A stretch of 64,000 nt of DNA from Prasinococcaceae sp. CCMP 1430 (taxonomy: Eukaryota; Plantae; Prasinodermophyta): contig RQSC01000025.1 in assembly GCA_013416795.1 (NCBI GenBank), positions 252,137 to 316,136 of the forward strand. Direction: 5' to 3'. The translations under genes and the position numbers were made by a program. The notes below the pieces were generated by a model, which made no database searches, was not told where the DNA came from, and was given only the letters and a program-made list of their open reading frames with translations. Positions 32,265 to 44,200 of the stretch are shown here, one piece after another; position 1 is the stretch's first letter, and every line of letters begins with the position of its first letter.

Positions 32265-33881
32265 TTACACGTCCTCCTCCATGTCTGACACGTCCGTGTC
32301 ATCATCTGTGCGCCGCAGCTCCATCACGGGGCCCTCGGGCGGCCGCTCGCCGAGCTCCTCGGCAATCTGCGTGAGGCGCTTGTGCACGTCTTCGGCGCGC
32401 GACGCCACGGCGCGACACGTGATGTGCAGCTGGCTCGGACCATACCGACGAATGCTATCTAGAGAGGACGCCAGGAGCCCCTCAGCGCTCGAGCCCAGCT
32501 TCCCGATGCTCCTGGCCGCGGCGAGCAGGGCCCTGGCGTCCGCGACGGCATTCTCCTGTTCCGACAGAAGCGCGTCCTCGGGCACGGGTTTGCGGTGCAT
32601 GTCGCGCGCCGGCGCCAGCTGCGGCGGCGGCGGCACGGCTGGCCCCTGCGCCGCCACGCTAGCGCTACTGCGGGCAGCGGTGCGGGCGTGCGATGTGCTC
32701 CCGTTCGACGCGCTGTGACTGGCCGCGGTGCTGGCCTTGAGGGCCTGGGCGGCAAGCCGCTTGAGCCAGTTGTCCGTCTCGTACTTGAGCCAGGCGAACG
32801 GCTCCAGCAAGCCGCGCGCGTCGGGTGCCATCCGGCACTCTTGAAGCGCCACCATCCAGGCCCCCTTTCCAGCGTCAGGCGGAATGAGAAGCACGCTCAC
32901 CAGGCCCTCCATGAGCTGCAGCAGGTCCGCGCACGTGCGCGTGTTCTTCGAGCTCTTGCGCCACCCCAGCCGGCGAGACCGCCACACCTCGGACACGCCC
33001 CCCCACGGGATTTGAGCCTCCAGCGTCGTTAGCTCCCTCCGGATGGCCGACACTGCCTCGAACTCCGAGGCGCGCTCCGGGTTCAGGTTGCCCGGCATCG
33101 GGAGCGAGCCCTTCTTCGGGCGCGGGGGAGGTCGGGGCTGCCGCGGGCGCGCTGCCTTCTTGTCGCCAGTCGCCTGGCGCGACAGCCACCTGTGGTTCAG
33201 CCGCGCGACCTCATTGCGAGCCGAAATGTGAACCCGGTACCACCCGCCGAGGAGCACCTCCTTCACCACCCCCGCCTGGCCCATGTACGCCTCGGGGCAG
33301 CGTTTCGTGTTTTTGACAACCACGCGCTCCTCGAGCTCGAAAGGGATCTGCGAGGGCTTGCGCGTGGCGCCGCCGTCCGCGCCCGCTGCGCCCGCCCCGC
33401 CTAGCGCCGCCCCTGCCCCCGCGCCGAATGCGTTGCCACCCACAGGGATGTGGCCGCCGGCGCCGGCGCCCGCGCCTCCGAAGCCCAGAGGGTCGCCCAT
33501 CCCCAGGCTGAAGCTGTCGCCGCCGAGGAACGCTGCGAGGTCGCCGTCCTCCGGCATGGGCAGGTGGAACTGCCCCCCGTTTCCGGTCGCGCCTCCTCCG
33601 GCCGGCGCGACGGCCGGCGCTTGCAGCGCGCCGGTCAGGTCGACCGGCACCTCGGGAAAGGCCATCCCGCCCATGCTTCCGACGGGCACGGGCTCGGGCA
33701 CGGGCATGGTCTGCATGGCACCGCCCATGAGCACGTCGAACGACAGCCCGGGCGAGATCGCGCCGGGCATGGTGCCCATGTCGCCGCCCACCTGCGCGTC
33801 CGACGACTGCCGCGCCGCGCCGCCACCCACGCCCGCGGGCCTACTCGGCGTCTGCTGGCCGCCACCATCGCCCACGTCCAT
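32265..33881 (-). CDS. Putative chromatin protein with KOW/SH3-like and WHIM/WSD-like modules
   Basis: ERVVVKNTKRCPEAYMGQAGVVKEVLLGGWYRV (SH3/KOW-like); LTTLEAQIPWGGVSEVWRSRRLGW...LLQLMEGL (WHIM3/WSD-like); G/P/M-rich N-terminus. Confidence 0.65.
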   Translation of the reverse strand: MDVGDGGGQQTPSRPAGVGGGAARQSSDAQVGGDMGTMPGAISPGLSFDVLMGGAMQTMPVPEPVPVGSMGGMAFPEVPVDLTGALQAPAVAPAGGGATGNGGQFHLPMPEDGDLAAFLGGDSFSLGMGDPLGFGGAGAGAGGHIPVGGNAFGAGAGAALGGAGAAGADGGATRKPSQIPFELEERVVVKNTKRCPEAYMGQAGVVKEVLLGGWYRVHISARNEVARLNHRWLSRQATGDKKAARPRQPRPPPRPKKGSLPMPGNLNPERASEFEAVSAIRRELTTLEAQIPWGGVSEVWRSRRLGWRKSSKNTRTCADLLQLMEGLVSVLLIPPDAGKGAWMVALQECRMAPDARGLLEPFAWLKYETDNWLKRLAAQALKASTAASHSASNGSTSHARTAARSSASVAAQGPAVPPPPQLAPARDMHRKPVPEDALLSEQENAVADARALLAAARSIGKLGSSAEGLLASSLDSIRRYGPSQLHITCRAVASRAEDVHKRLTQIAEELGERPPEGPVMELRRTDDDTDVSDMEEDV

Positions 33882-34497
33882 CGCGCGTCCGCTGCGGTGG
33901 GCCCGCTCCGCGCTGGGGCTGCCGCAGTCGCCTTCCCTTTCCCCTCCTTTGCGGGTGTTTGTGCTTTCGCGCGAGCGCGTGCAAGTGGCCGCCCCACGGG
34001 CGCGCGGGCCCGCTGTCTCTTCCCCCCTTGCACAACCGCCCGCCTTCCGACGCGCGGGCTTCGCCTGATCCCTCCCGCCGCTCCCCGCGCAACCGGCTGA
34101 GGGGAGGGGGGGGGGGGGGGGAAGGGGACAGCCCCGCGTCGCGCGCCGCGCGCGGTGTGGCACGCGAGCGACGCCGCGCGGACCGCCGCCGCGCGCGAAA
34201 AGCGCGCGCGCGCGATCACGGAACCCCCACGGATGCTTTCCTTTCGGAACTCAATACTACTTCAAATAACCTAGTTTTCCGAGATACCATTTGGAACCCA
34301 TAATGTATTGGAATCCGCGTCGGAAGCGCGAAAAAGGCGGCGGCGGGCGCGCGGTTGGCTCGCCCGTGTGCAGCGCGCGCCCTAAAAAAAAATGGGACGC
34401 GAAAGAGGAGCGCGCGGGCGCAGGGCGCGCGCTCGAATCCCCGGAAAAGAAAAATCATGAGAATCGATCCCCGAACCATATTATGGGTCATCGAATC

Positions 34498-34505
34498 TAG
34501 GGTTT
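34498..34505 (-). promoter_or_regulatory. Telo-box AAACCCTA
   Basis: Exact TAGGGTTT on the plus strand, in the AT-rich island between divergent genes. Confidence 0.35.
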
Positions 34506-34606
34506 GTTTGAATGTTTGTTTGTTTCGGGGGAGCTGCGACCCTGAGACTAGACTATGGGATCGTATTCCTGGGATTGCGGGACGGGGCGCCTCGTCTGCG
34601 GCCAGA

Positions 34607-34897
34607 ATGCTGATCGACACCAGGTCGCTCGTGTTGACGTCAATCGGGCCGCGCGTCGCGCGCGGGCTTCTCCGCCGTGCTGCTCGCGGCCGTGTGCGCG
34701 CTCGCGGTGCTGTACGGCGAGGAGCTGCGCGAGGCGCGAGGCGCGCTCAACGGCGCGTTCGAGGCGGCGCGCGCGCACGGCGGCGGGCTGTACACCAACA
34801 TTGCGGAGCGCAGGGCGAACGCGGAGAGGGTCGAAGCAGAGCGCGAGCAGAAGAGCGAGAGCGCCGCAAGTGAGACTGCTGCGCGCGTGCCCGCATC

Positions 34898-34964
<67 letters not shown>

Positions 34965-37571
34965 CCACCACCGCCCGACGCGAAGCCCGCGGGGACAAAT
35001 ACCGCGAGCGGGGGCAGCGTGATCGCCGGTGGCGGGAGGTCGCAGACGCACTACGTGCTGCGCGGGGGTGCTGTTGCACGGCTCGCGGACGTGTCAGCCG
35101 ACGATGCGAGCGCGCGCGCGGCTGCGGCCGCAGGCGCGCCAGCTGCAGCGAGGGCGGCGGCAGGCGCCGGAACGGGCTCTACGCCGCCGGGGGGGACAAG
35201 AGAGGTGTCCGAGGGCGCAGTGGTCCCGACTGATGAGGCAGAAATCGTCTCGGAGCCAGAGGAGGTGCCTCCCTTGGCAGAAGACCCCATGCCCACCAGC
35301 GGCGACGACGCAGGCGCGCTCTTCGAGCAGCAGCGGCAGTGGCTGGCGCGCCGCACCCTCGCCCTCAGCGAAGAGGCGCGCGAGACGCTCGCGCGCGTGC
35401 AGGCCGAGGCCGAGGCCGCCGGCAGCGACAAGCGCTTCGTGTTGTGGACGCTGAGCGACGACGGCATCCGTAGCGGCGTGCTCAACTGGGCGAGGCACCT
35501 CAAACGCATCGGCGTGCCGCACGTGGTCGGCGCGCTCGACACGGACGTGCACGCGGCGCTCAAGGCAGAGGGCACACCCACGTACCTGCTCAAGGACTAT
35601 GCCGATCTGCGCTCGCACCTGTTGCAAGAGAGGAGCTTGACGGAGCTCAACAACGACGTCCACCACAAGAGCCTGTCGTGGCAGCTCTTCGAGACCCAGC
35701 GAATCGGCGGGCCGCGCGCGCTGGTGCACGCGGGATTCGACACGCTGCTCTCCGACACTGACGTGGTGTGGATGCGCGATCCGCGCCCGCACTTGTACTG
35801 TGAGGGCGAAGTGGCCAAGGCGGAGGGCTGTGAGCTGCTGAAGGGCGCTGACATGATGATCAGCTCCGATAGGATGAGCGCCAAGGAAGACGACCAAGGG
35901 CTGGCCAATTACGCCAAGTTCGGCACGCTCAACACGGGCATCGTCTTCACGCGAGCAACACGCGCGGGCAAACTCAGCATCAAGGAGTGGTACCGACACT
36001 TGGTAGAACGCGATGGCGATTACGCGCGCATGGCCACTGATCAGCAGGTCTTCAACGCCATGGCGGCCGCATGGGACGCGAACTTTTACATGCCGGAGGC
36101 TATGGACGCCTCGGAGGACGTGGACGTGAAGGAGCACCGGGAGCGCCTCGAATTGCTCAAGAAGTATCCCTCGCGCGCCGTGAGGATGATGCTGAAGGGA
36201 CCGCCCCCCTCACATCCAGAGGGCGAGCGCTGGCCGCCCATGGAGTGCCCGCTGGGGATGCTGCCGCTGCGCTACTTCGCCAACGGCCACCAGTTCTTCA
36301 CGCAGCGCACGCAGGTGCAGCCGGACGGTGGCTCGCCGTACTGTGCGCACGCGACCTACACAGGCGCTGGCGTCGATGGCACCAACCACGCCTCCAAGAC
36401 AACGAGGTTCAAGGAGGAGGGCCTGTGATTAGTGGCGGACGACTACGATGGCGCCGATGCCGAGCAATACCTGACGTGGGACCCCGAGCTGAGCGAAGAA
36501 TTGCGCACGTGCGAGGGCCATGCCGACTGCACGCGCGCGCGCCCTTGCCAGCGCGACGACGACCAGTGCCCCTTCTCGTGCCACGCGCGCGTGGCAGCAC
36601 ACCAGCTTGCGCAGTTCCGCGGCGCTTTGGCCGTTGCGCGTGCACTGGGGCGCACGCTGGTCTTCCCGAGGCTGCTCTGCCACTGCGACCGCGCGTGGGA
36701 CGGCCACGGTGAGACCATTCAGCATTGCTGCAAGTACACCGGCGCGGAAACGGAGAACTACATGCCAATGGAGAGCTGCCCCTGGGATCTGCTGCTGCCT
36801 CGCAACAAGATGCTCTCTGATTTCATCAAGTGGCGCGAGGTGGGCTTCCTGGAGGGTCCCTACGCGCCAAAAGACGTGACGGCGATCGGGGAGGGGGGGA
36901 CCGTGGACGTGATCGTGCAGCCAAGGGGGGTGGGAGCTGCGGGCTTGGCGCCGGCCACTGGCGAGTTGGCGCTACCCGCTGGCGCGACCGCCAGCGAGGT
37001 CCGCAGCGTGCTAGGGACCGCGCGCGCGTGCGTGCTGGTGCTGCGTTCCGCGCGCCACGCCTTCTGTTCCTTCGATGGCACGGGCGGCGACGGTGACAGC
37101 CTCCCGAGCGACGCGGACTTCGACCTGCTCACGCACGGGCCCCTCGAGCGGAAGACCTCCGAATGGTTCTACAAGGTGGAGGGCAACCAACACGCGCTGG
37201 AGCCCGCCAAGTCGCTTCTGGACCCACACCCAACGTGGTGTTCCGAGGTGAACAAGCCCTACGTCAACTGCACGCAGAACTTTCCCAAGGTGCGCTCGTG
37301 GCCAGCGTGTCGACCCCCGGCGCCTACCGGTGCAGAGCGCACGGTGCGCACTCTGACTCTCGCGCGCGTGCTTGCCCACCACAACACCAAACACACACAT
37401 CGCCAATGCGCACGCGTGCAGGAAACGTGGCACCTCGTCAAGTACATGGTCAATAAGCACAAGGGCACGCACGTCTGCTGCTACACGCCTGAGCTGCCCA
37501 CGCGGCTCTCTGAGCGCGCTCTTGAGTGCCAGGAAGCCGCCAGCGCAGCCGTGGCGGCGGACGCGCGATAG
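34607..37571 (+). CDS. GT77 nucleotide-diphospho-sugar transferase (XEG113 arabinosyltransferase-like), type II membrane protein; in-frame TGA at 36426
   Basis: N-terminal TM helix, Pro-rich stem, LLSDTDVVWMRDP (DxD motif), LNTGIVF, DQQVFN, FANGHQFF and HATY, followed by the XEG113-like C-terminal domain (QLAQFRGALAVARALGRTLVFPRLLCHCDRAW). Intron at 37290-37421. ATG 34607 is out of frame with the main ORF. Confidence 0.85.
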
Positions 37572-37915
37572 GGACGCGTGTGCGCGCACGCTCTGTACAT
37601 GTACAATACCGCCAGATTCATGCTTCCTAGCACCCGCCCGTGCGCCAGCCAGCCGTCGCCGCCGCCGCCGAGCGCGTTCGAAGGCGTGCGTAGCTGGCAG
37701 CTGCACGGACAGGAAATGCGCGCGCACCCATCGAATGACGCAGCCAAAACCAATCGCGTCATAGTGAGCTTGGCGTAGGCGAGTGCTGGGAATCGCACGC
37801 AGCATGGCTTACGAAAAACGCGCAAGGCATATATGCGGAAGCAAGGGGGGCCCCCCGCACGCACAAGCGCCCTCGGCCAGCTCCCTCCGCGACTCGCCAC
37901 GGGGCGCGTTCTTGG

Positions 37916-40150
37916 CTACTTCACGCCCTCAAGGAGGGCATACTCTAGGACAGTGTCGCTAGCGAAGCCCTCATTGAGGGGGGACGATTCCGCCACGAGC
38001 GGCTTGTCGGTGCCAGGCACAAACAGCTGAAGACAGCCCGGGCTCGTCTCCTCAATCATCCGCTTGGCAATCATGTGCTTGCGCACCTTGCTCATGACCT
38101 GTGTGGGGCGTTGAGACAGACGAGAGCGCGCCGTCAGTAAAGTTCTCCAGCGTGGCACACAGCCAACGAACATCGATCACACCCATCGAGCGGACGCGGC
38201 GCGGCGTCGGTTGCACCACACCGCATACCTTCTTAAAGGACTGCTTGGCCGGCAGGTTGAGGGTCATTGATTTCTTGAAAGTGGTGCCCTGTCGCGGCTT
38301 CAGCTTGATCTGCAATATCGCGTCCTTGTCCTTCACCGTAAATCTCACCCTTTGCTCTTTCTGTCCAGGTTGGGAAACGTTGTGGTCAACTGGCTCCTTC
38401 GCCGCCTCGGCGGAGGGCGCCGCTCTCTCGGCCGCCGCCTTCGCCTCTGCCTCAGCCTCAGCCTTGGCCTTCGCCTCTGCCTCGGCTTTGGCCTCTGCCT
38501 CGGCTTTGGCCTCGGCCTCAGCCTTCTCGGCCTCCGCCTTTGCCTTGGCCTCGGCCTCAGCCTTCTCGGCCTCCGCCTTCGCCTTGGCCTCGGCCTCAGC
38601 CTTCTCGGCCTCCGCCTTCGCCTTGGCCTCGGCCTCAGCCTTCTCGGCCTCCGCCTTGGCCTTGGCCTCGGCCTCAGCCTTCTCGGCCTCCGCCTTCGCC
38701 TTGGCCTCGGCCTCGGCCTCAGCCTTCTCGGCCTCCGCCTTTGCCTTTGCCTCGGCCTCAGCCTTCTCGGCCTCCGCCTTCGCCTTGGCCTCGGCCTCAG
38801 CCTCGGCCTTCTCGGCCTCGGCCCTCTCGGCCTCCCGTTTAGCCTCAGCCGCTACGGTGGTATTATCGAAATGGTCAATGGCGTCCATGAAGTCATCGTC
38901 GTTGGAGTTCGCCTGATCCAAGTTTGTCACGAGGCGCGGAGCGAGCAGCAGGGGTCAGCAACATGCATGTGCATACCCCCACACCGCACGCACAGGTCGC
39001 TGCGCACAGAGCGTCGCATGCGCGCACGCGCATGCACCGACTAGCTCACCGTGGTCCCGTTGTAATCAGGCTCCTCAATAGAGGCCTCACCAGGCTCCTC
39101 AATTGAGGCCGCGTCCACAATGACAGGCATGTCCTTGGACCCACCGATGGCACCACCCGCTAGCTCCCAGCGATCATGATCGTGATTGTACACGTAGTGG
39201 GTGCGCACGTCGCTGGGCTCGAAGCTGCCTTCATCACCTGCGCCGAAGGGGAACGAGTCGAACTGAATTTTGACCTTCGCTCGGCGATCAGAGCCAGTCA
39301 TGCCCGTGACTATGCCAGACCACCAGGCGTCCAAGACAAGGGCCTCAACCCTCTCGTTGGCAACGCGCTCAACGCCACGGCCCTGGAGGCGCTCTGGCAG
39401 CTCCCGGCGAACGCAGGGCAACGTGCGTTTGGCTCCGTTGAACTCGACGCGCGCGAACAGCGGCATGTCGATGCGCAACCGTACGGCATCCTTGTCATCA
39501 GGATCCTCGCCGTCAGCGACCAGGTCGTCATATTCGACGGTCACCGTAGCGAATGGGTCCACATTGGCCGCGTCGTAGCCACGCACGATGGTCGCTGGGA
39601 ACCACGCGCCAGTGACGCCATCCTCGAACTCTTGCACCTCTACACGCTTGCTGTTCGCAAGGCCAGGCGCCACTGGTTTGATCGAGCAGCCGTGGAACTT
39701 CACCTCAATCGCCACAGATCCGTCCGGGACGACTGCTATCTGTGCGCCCTCGGCCAGCTCAACCGCAGTGTCCTTGCCGGGCGCGATCGATGTTTCCGTG
39801 CCGCCGCCGTAGGAGGGGTTGCGGACAGTCACGGACGAAACCTTGCTCAAATTGCGGGCGGCCCAGCCGGTCGCAGACGTGTGCGAGCGCACCAAGGCCA
39901 GGTGCACGCGACTGACCTTGCCGATAAGCGGGATGACGTCAGTGTTGTTGGGAAGCTTCCATCCATTGGTACTCTCCTCGAGAACCTGTCCGCGGCCGAC
40001 AAGGTGCTCGCTGTGCTCGGTATCGAGCACGTGCTCGAGGATGGTGCCGTCGGCACCCTTGAGGCAGAGCTTGTACACCTCGCCGCCGTCGGCACGCCGC
40101 GCCTTGCGCGCTCCGGCCGCGGTTTTGGCGCTCTTGCGCTTGCCGGCCAT
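37916..40150 (-). CDS. FHA + tandem Agenet/Tudor + EAK-repeat coiled coil + ubiquitin/SUMO-like domain protein
   Basis: FHA: LVGRG...KVSRVH...NLSKVSSVTV. Agenet: RVEVQEFEDGVTGAWFPATIV and RVEALVLDAWWSGIV. Exons 40150-39050, 38912-38229 and 38098-37916, with phase-0 GT-AG introns. Confidence 0.75.
38440..38845 (-). repeat. Coding 39-bp tandem repeat (AEAEAKAKAEAEK), ~7 units plus degenerate flanks
   Basis: Directly visible periodicity in the DNA and in the 38052-38930 translation. Confidence 0.9.
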
Positions 40151-40874
40151 GGCGGCCGAGAGTGGCGGTGCGGGGGGAGATCGCAGGCGCGGACCTTTCC
40201 CTTTTCCCTTTCCCGCCGCGCGCGCGCGTGCGCAAAACCGACGACCCTGCTCGCGGCGCGTGCTACGCGCCGCACGAGGGGGAGGGGGGGGGGGGGGATG
40301 CGCGCGCTTCACCCGCCTCACCCTGCGCGCTCCTTCTGATCCTCCCGCCCGCAGCCCGCGCGCGGGCTGTGCTGCGTCGGGCGCCGCGCCCGCACGCAAA
40401 AAATCCTCGGCGCGCATCGATTTTCGTGCGGTGCGCGGCAGGAGCAGGGCGGCGAAGCGCAGGCGCCCCTCCGCGGGGCAAATGGCAAATGCAAAAACCT
40501 CTTGATTTGGTGGGTTTTACACCCACGGGCGACTAAAACGGAGGTCAAACCAGCATGTCGAAACGCATGCAGCGTGCCGTGTCTGGCGCGCCGCGCAGCT
40601 GCGGCAGGGCGTGTGGGCGGCACGGCGGCGCGGCAGCGGCGACCCCCCCTTCCCCCCATGCCACCGACCCCCTGAGCTCCTATCCCCCCTCCCTCGCCTC
40701 CCCGACGTCCGCCTGCAGCTGCGCCGGCCCGGCGCCCGTCGCCGCTCGGCACCTCTCCGCCCGCCCTCGCGCTTGGGCGCGTATTGCGGGCACGCCCGGA
40801 CCTGTAATGCGGTTCGAGAAAAACCGCAGCGCCCGCGCGCGCGCGCCCGCACGGTCGCCCGGCCGCGGGGGACG

Positions 40875-40998
40875 AAAAAACGGCGCGTCCGTACCCTCAG
40901 CCCGGGGCGAGATTCGAACCCGAAACCTGCCGTGTGGCAGTTACGGTTGCATGCGTCGAGTCTGTACCAGCTCGCATGCGAGTGCTGTTCGCCCGGAG
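40875..40998 (-). ncRNA. tRNA-like / Pol III-type element (degenerate or atypical tRNA)
   Basis: Perfect B-box GGTTCGAATC (40920-40911), A-box-like TGCGAGCTGG, a variable-arm hairpin CTGCC-ACAC-GGCAG, ACAGACTCGA as in tRNA-Ser(CGA), and a T6 run at 40880-40875. Acceptor and anticodon stems do not fold canonically. Confidence 0.35.
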
Positions 40999-41017
40999 GC
41001 GCTCCCCGCGCGGGGAT

Positions 41018-41050
<33 letters not shown>

Positions 41051-41239
41051 GGGGCAAGGCGAAGCGGCGGGGCGCCACATCGCGGGGGCGCCGCGCGCAG
41101 CAGGCGAGGGCGGGCCGACGCGCGGTCGTCGGATCCGGCCCCTTCTCGCCCTGCACGCCCGCCCTCGCCCCTCGCGAGGGCGCGGTGCGCCAGGCGCGCG
41201 CGGCGGTGGCGCGGCCCCTCGCGACTCGCGCGGCGAAGG

Positions 41240-44200
41240 ATGGTCGGCGCCAGCGGTGAATACCCTGCTGAGCGCTCCACCCAGGAGGAGGGGGACATGG
41301 TCACGTCCGAGGACGACGGCGACGACTACGACCCCGAGGGGGCGTCATCCGATGGGGGCGAGGAGGTACGCGGCGCGCGCCCACGTTGGCGTCCGCGGCA
41401 CGCGCCGCCGCGCGCCATGGGGCACCGCACCGGATCGCCCGGACGCAGCCCTCGCGCGCGCGCGCGAAATCAGCAGCGCGCGCTCGTGCTCGTTGAAGCC
41501 ACGCGCGATGCCGTGCGCGGCGGCGCGCTCAGGGCAGCATCTGCGCCCAGCGTCGGTCGGTCAGCTGCCCCCTGCATTTCCACCCCTGGCGCGGCCACCC
41601 ACCGGCGCGCACCCCTCATTCCTGCCCGATGTCACCCCGCCCTGACGAGTGGCGATGCGCCCGCGCACGTGGCTGACCCTACCCTGTCACTTCGCAGGAC
41701 GGCGGAGGCAGTGGCGGCGGCGGCGAGGGCGCAGCCGCCAGCGGCGGCGCGGGCGCAGGCGGCGCTGCCATTGACGGCGATTTAGCGCTGGCGCTGGCGC
41801 TGCAGGCGCAGGAGGAGGCCTTGGGGGGAGGGCGCCGCCCTTCGCGGGCGCGTAGCACGCGCGAGGTCTACACGCCTCAGTGGGGTTCCGGAGGCACGCG
41901 CAAGACGAAGAAGCAGCGCGAGCGCGAACGCAAGCAGCGCGAGAAGGAGGAACGCCGCGCGGAACGCGAGGCGGCGCGCGAGGCGAAGCGCGCCGAGCGC
42001 GAGGCCGCGCGGCTTGCACGGGGGAGTCGGTCGCGCTCCGGCGGGCGCACCGGGGGGGACGACCGCTGGGACGCACCGTATATACCAATGCGCGAGGGGA
42101 CACGCCTCGCGGGGGGCGCTCGGCAGGCAACCAAGGTGCGTGCGCACATCCTGAGAGGGCGCCGATTCGCGGCGGCTGGGTCCACCACTGACATTCGACG
42201 CGCACGCGATGCTGCCGCGCTTCGATGCATCTGTACCCCGCTTGGGTGGCCGCCGCCGCGCGCGTCTCGCCCTTGATTAGGGCATGTACAACGAGGACAC
42301 AGACTCCGACGCAGACCTCATGGACAGCGAGGAGGAGGCGGAGCTTCGTGAGTGGGAGCAGTCGGGCTACGAGTACGCCGCGCCTGAGGAGGAGGGCGAT
42401 GCGGTGGAACTGGTGATCGCGCACAGGCCCGGCGTGGAGGAACGGCAGGACATTGAGCTCGAGAAGGCCGCGGGCGAGTATGTCGACGACGGGACGTCGC
42501 ACCCGCAGCTCGACGACCTCAGGCCACCGCGCAATTGGAAGAAGGCCGAGTTCCTCGTCAAGTGGAAGGGATACTCGCACATGCACAACAGCTGGGATTC
42601 GTACGCGACGCTCGAACAGCTGGGCGGCTTCAAACGCGTGACCAACTACATGAAACGCAAGGAAAGCGAGGTGGCGGAGCATGCCTTCATGACGGAGGAG
42701 GAGCTCGAGGCCGAGGCCATCTCGGCGGAGATGGAAGCCAATGTCATGTCCGACCACAAAAAAGTGGAGCGCATCGTGTCGCAGCGCGAGGGTGAGGAAG
42801 GCGAAGAGTACCTTTGCAAATGGGTCGGGCTGCCGTACTCGGAGTGCACGTGGGAGCACATCAACAATCTCGGGGACTTCCAGGACGAGATAGACGAGTA
42901 CAACTCGCGCGAGCTTGACTACGACGAGCAGGTGTGTACTGTGGAGGGGCAGCGCAAGCTGGTCAACCAGGCACGCCTTGGAGACGCTGGCGCTGCGGGC
43001 GCCGCCGCGGGGGGCTCGGCCAAGGCCAAGGGCAAGACTGCCCAATTGGGCATCACCACCCAGCCAGCGTGGCTCAAGTTTGGCCAGCTGCGAGACTATC
43101 AAAAGGTGGGCATCAATTGGCTTTGCCTGGCTTGGGCAAAGGACAACAATGCCATATTGGCGGATGAGATGGGGCTGGGCAAAACGGTGCAGTGCGTATC
43201 TATGCTGGGCTATCTCCGCCACGAGCAACACATCCCGGGGCCCTTCCTTGTGGTCGTGCCTCTGTCGACCATCCCCAACTGGGTGCGAGAGTTTCGGAGG
43301 TGGACGCCCGAGCTGAGCGTGATCACGTACATCGGCGACAGCACCAGTCGCGAGCGCATTCGCGAGGAGGAGTGGTCCATCGGCCGCACCCGTGGCCAAA
43401 GCGGGCGCAAGTACAAGTTCCACGTGTTGCTGACCACATACGAGCTCGTGCTCAAGGACAAGGACTACCTCAAGAAGGTGACGTGGGCGTACCTCATGGT
43501 CGACGAGGCACACCGCCTAAAAAACGAGGAGTCTGCACTGTACATCGCGCTGCGGGAGCTCACCATCAAGAACAAGCTGCTGGTCACTGGCACGCCCCTG
43601 CAGAACACGCTCAAGGAGCTCTGGGCCCTGCTGCATTTCCTCGAGCCAAAGAAGTTCCCGAACATTGAGGAGTTCGAGGAGACGTACTCGATGGAGGATG
43701 GTGAGAAGCTCGCGAAGCTGCACGCCGACATGAAACCTCACATGATCCGGCGCGTCATCAAGGACGTGGAGAAGTCGCTGCCTCCCAAGATTGAGCGAGT
43801 GCTGCGTGTCGAAATGAGTCCGATGCAAAAGGAGCAGTACAGGTTCATCCTGAATCGGAACTACGCCGAGCTCAACAAGGGTGTTAAGGGCGCGGGTCAG
43901 GCGTCGCTTCTGAACATCGTCATGGATCTCAAGAAATGCTGCAACCACCCCTTCCTTTTTCAGGGCTTTCGCGACAAGTACGGCAGCCAGGCCAGCAGCG
44001 AGCTGCTGGCCGCATGCTCGGGCAAGCTCAGGCTGCTCGACAAACTGCTTGCGCGTCTCAAGCAGGAGGGGCACCGCGTGCTGATCTTCTCGCAGATGGT
44101 GCGCATGCTCGACCTGCTGTCCGAGTACCTCAAGATGCGCGGCTATCAGCACCAGCGCCTCGACGGCGGCATGCGCGCCGAGGATCGCCACAACGCCATG

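Noticed and set aside
36425-36432. 8-nt GTGATTAG micro-intron removing the GT77 stop
   Set aside because: Too short to splice, and removal would shift the frame.
37735-37762. Hairpin ATGACGC...AAAA...GCGTCAT downstream of GT77 as a candidate SECIS
   Set aside because: ATGA is Watson-Crick paired rather than in a G.A quartet, and the spacing to the AA motif is too short for a SECIS.
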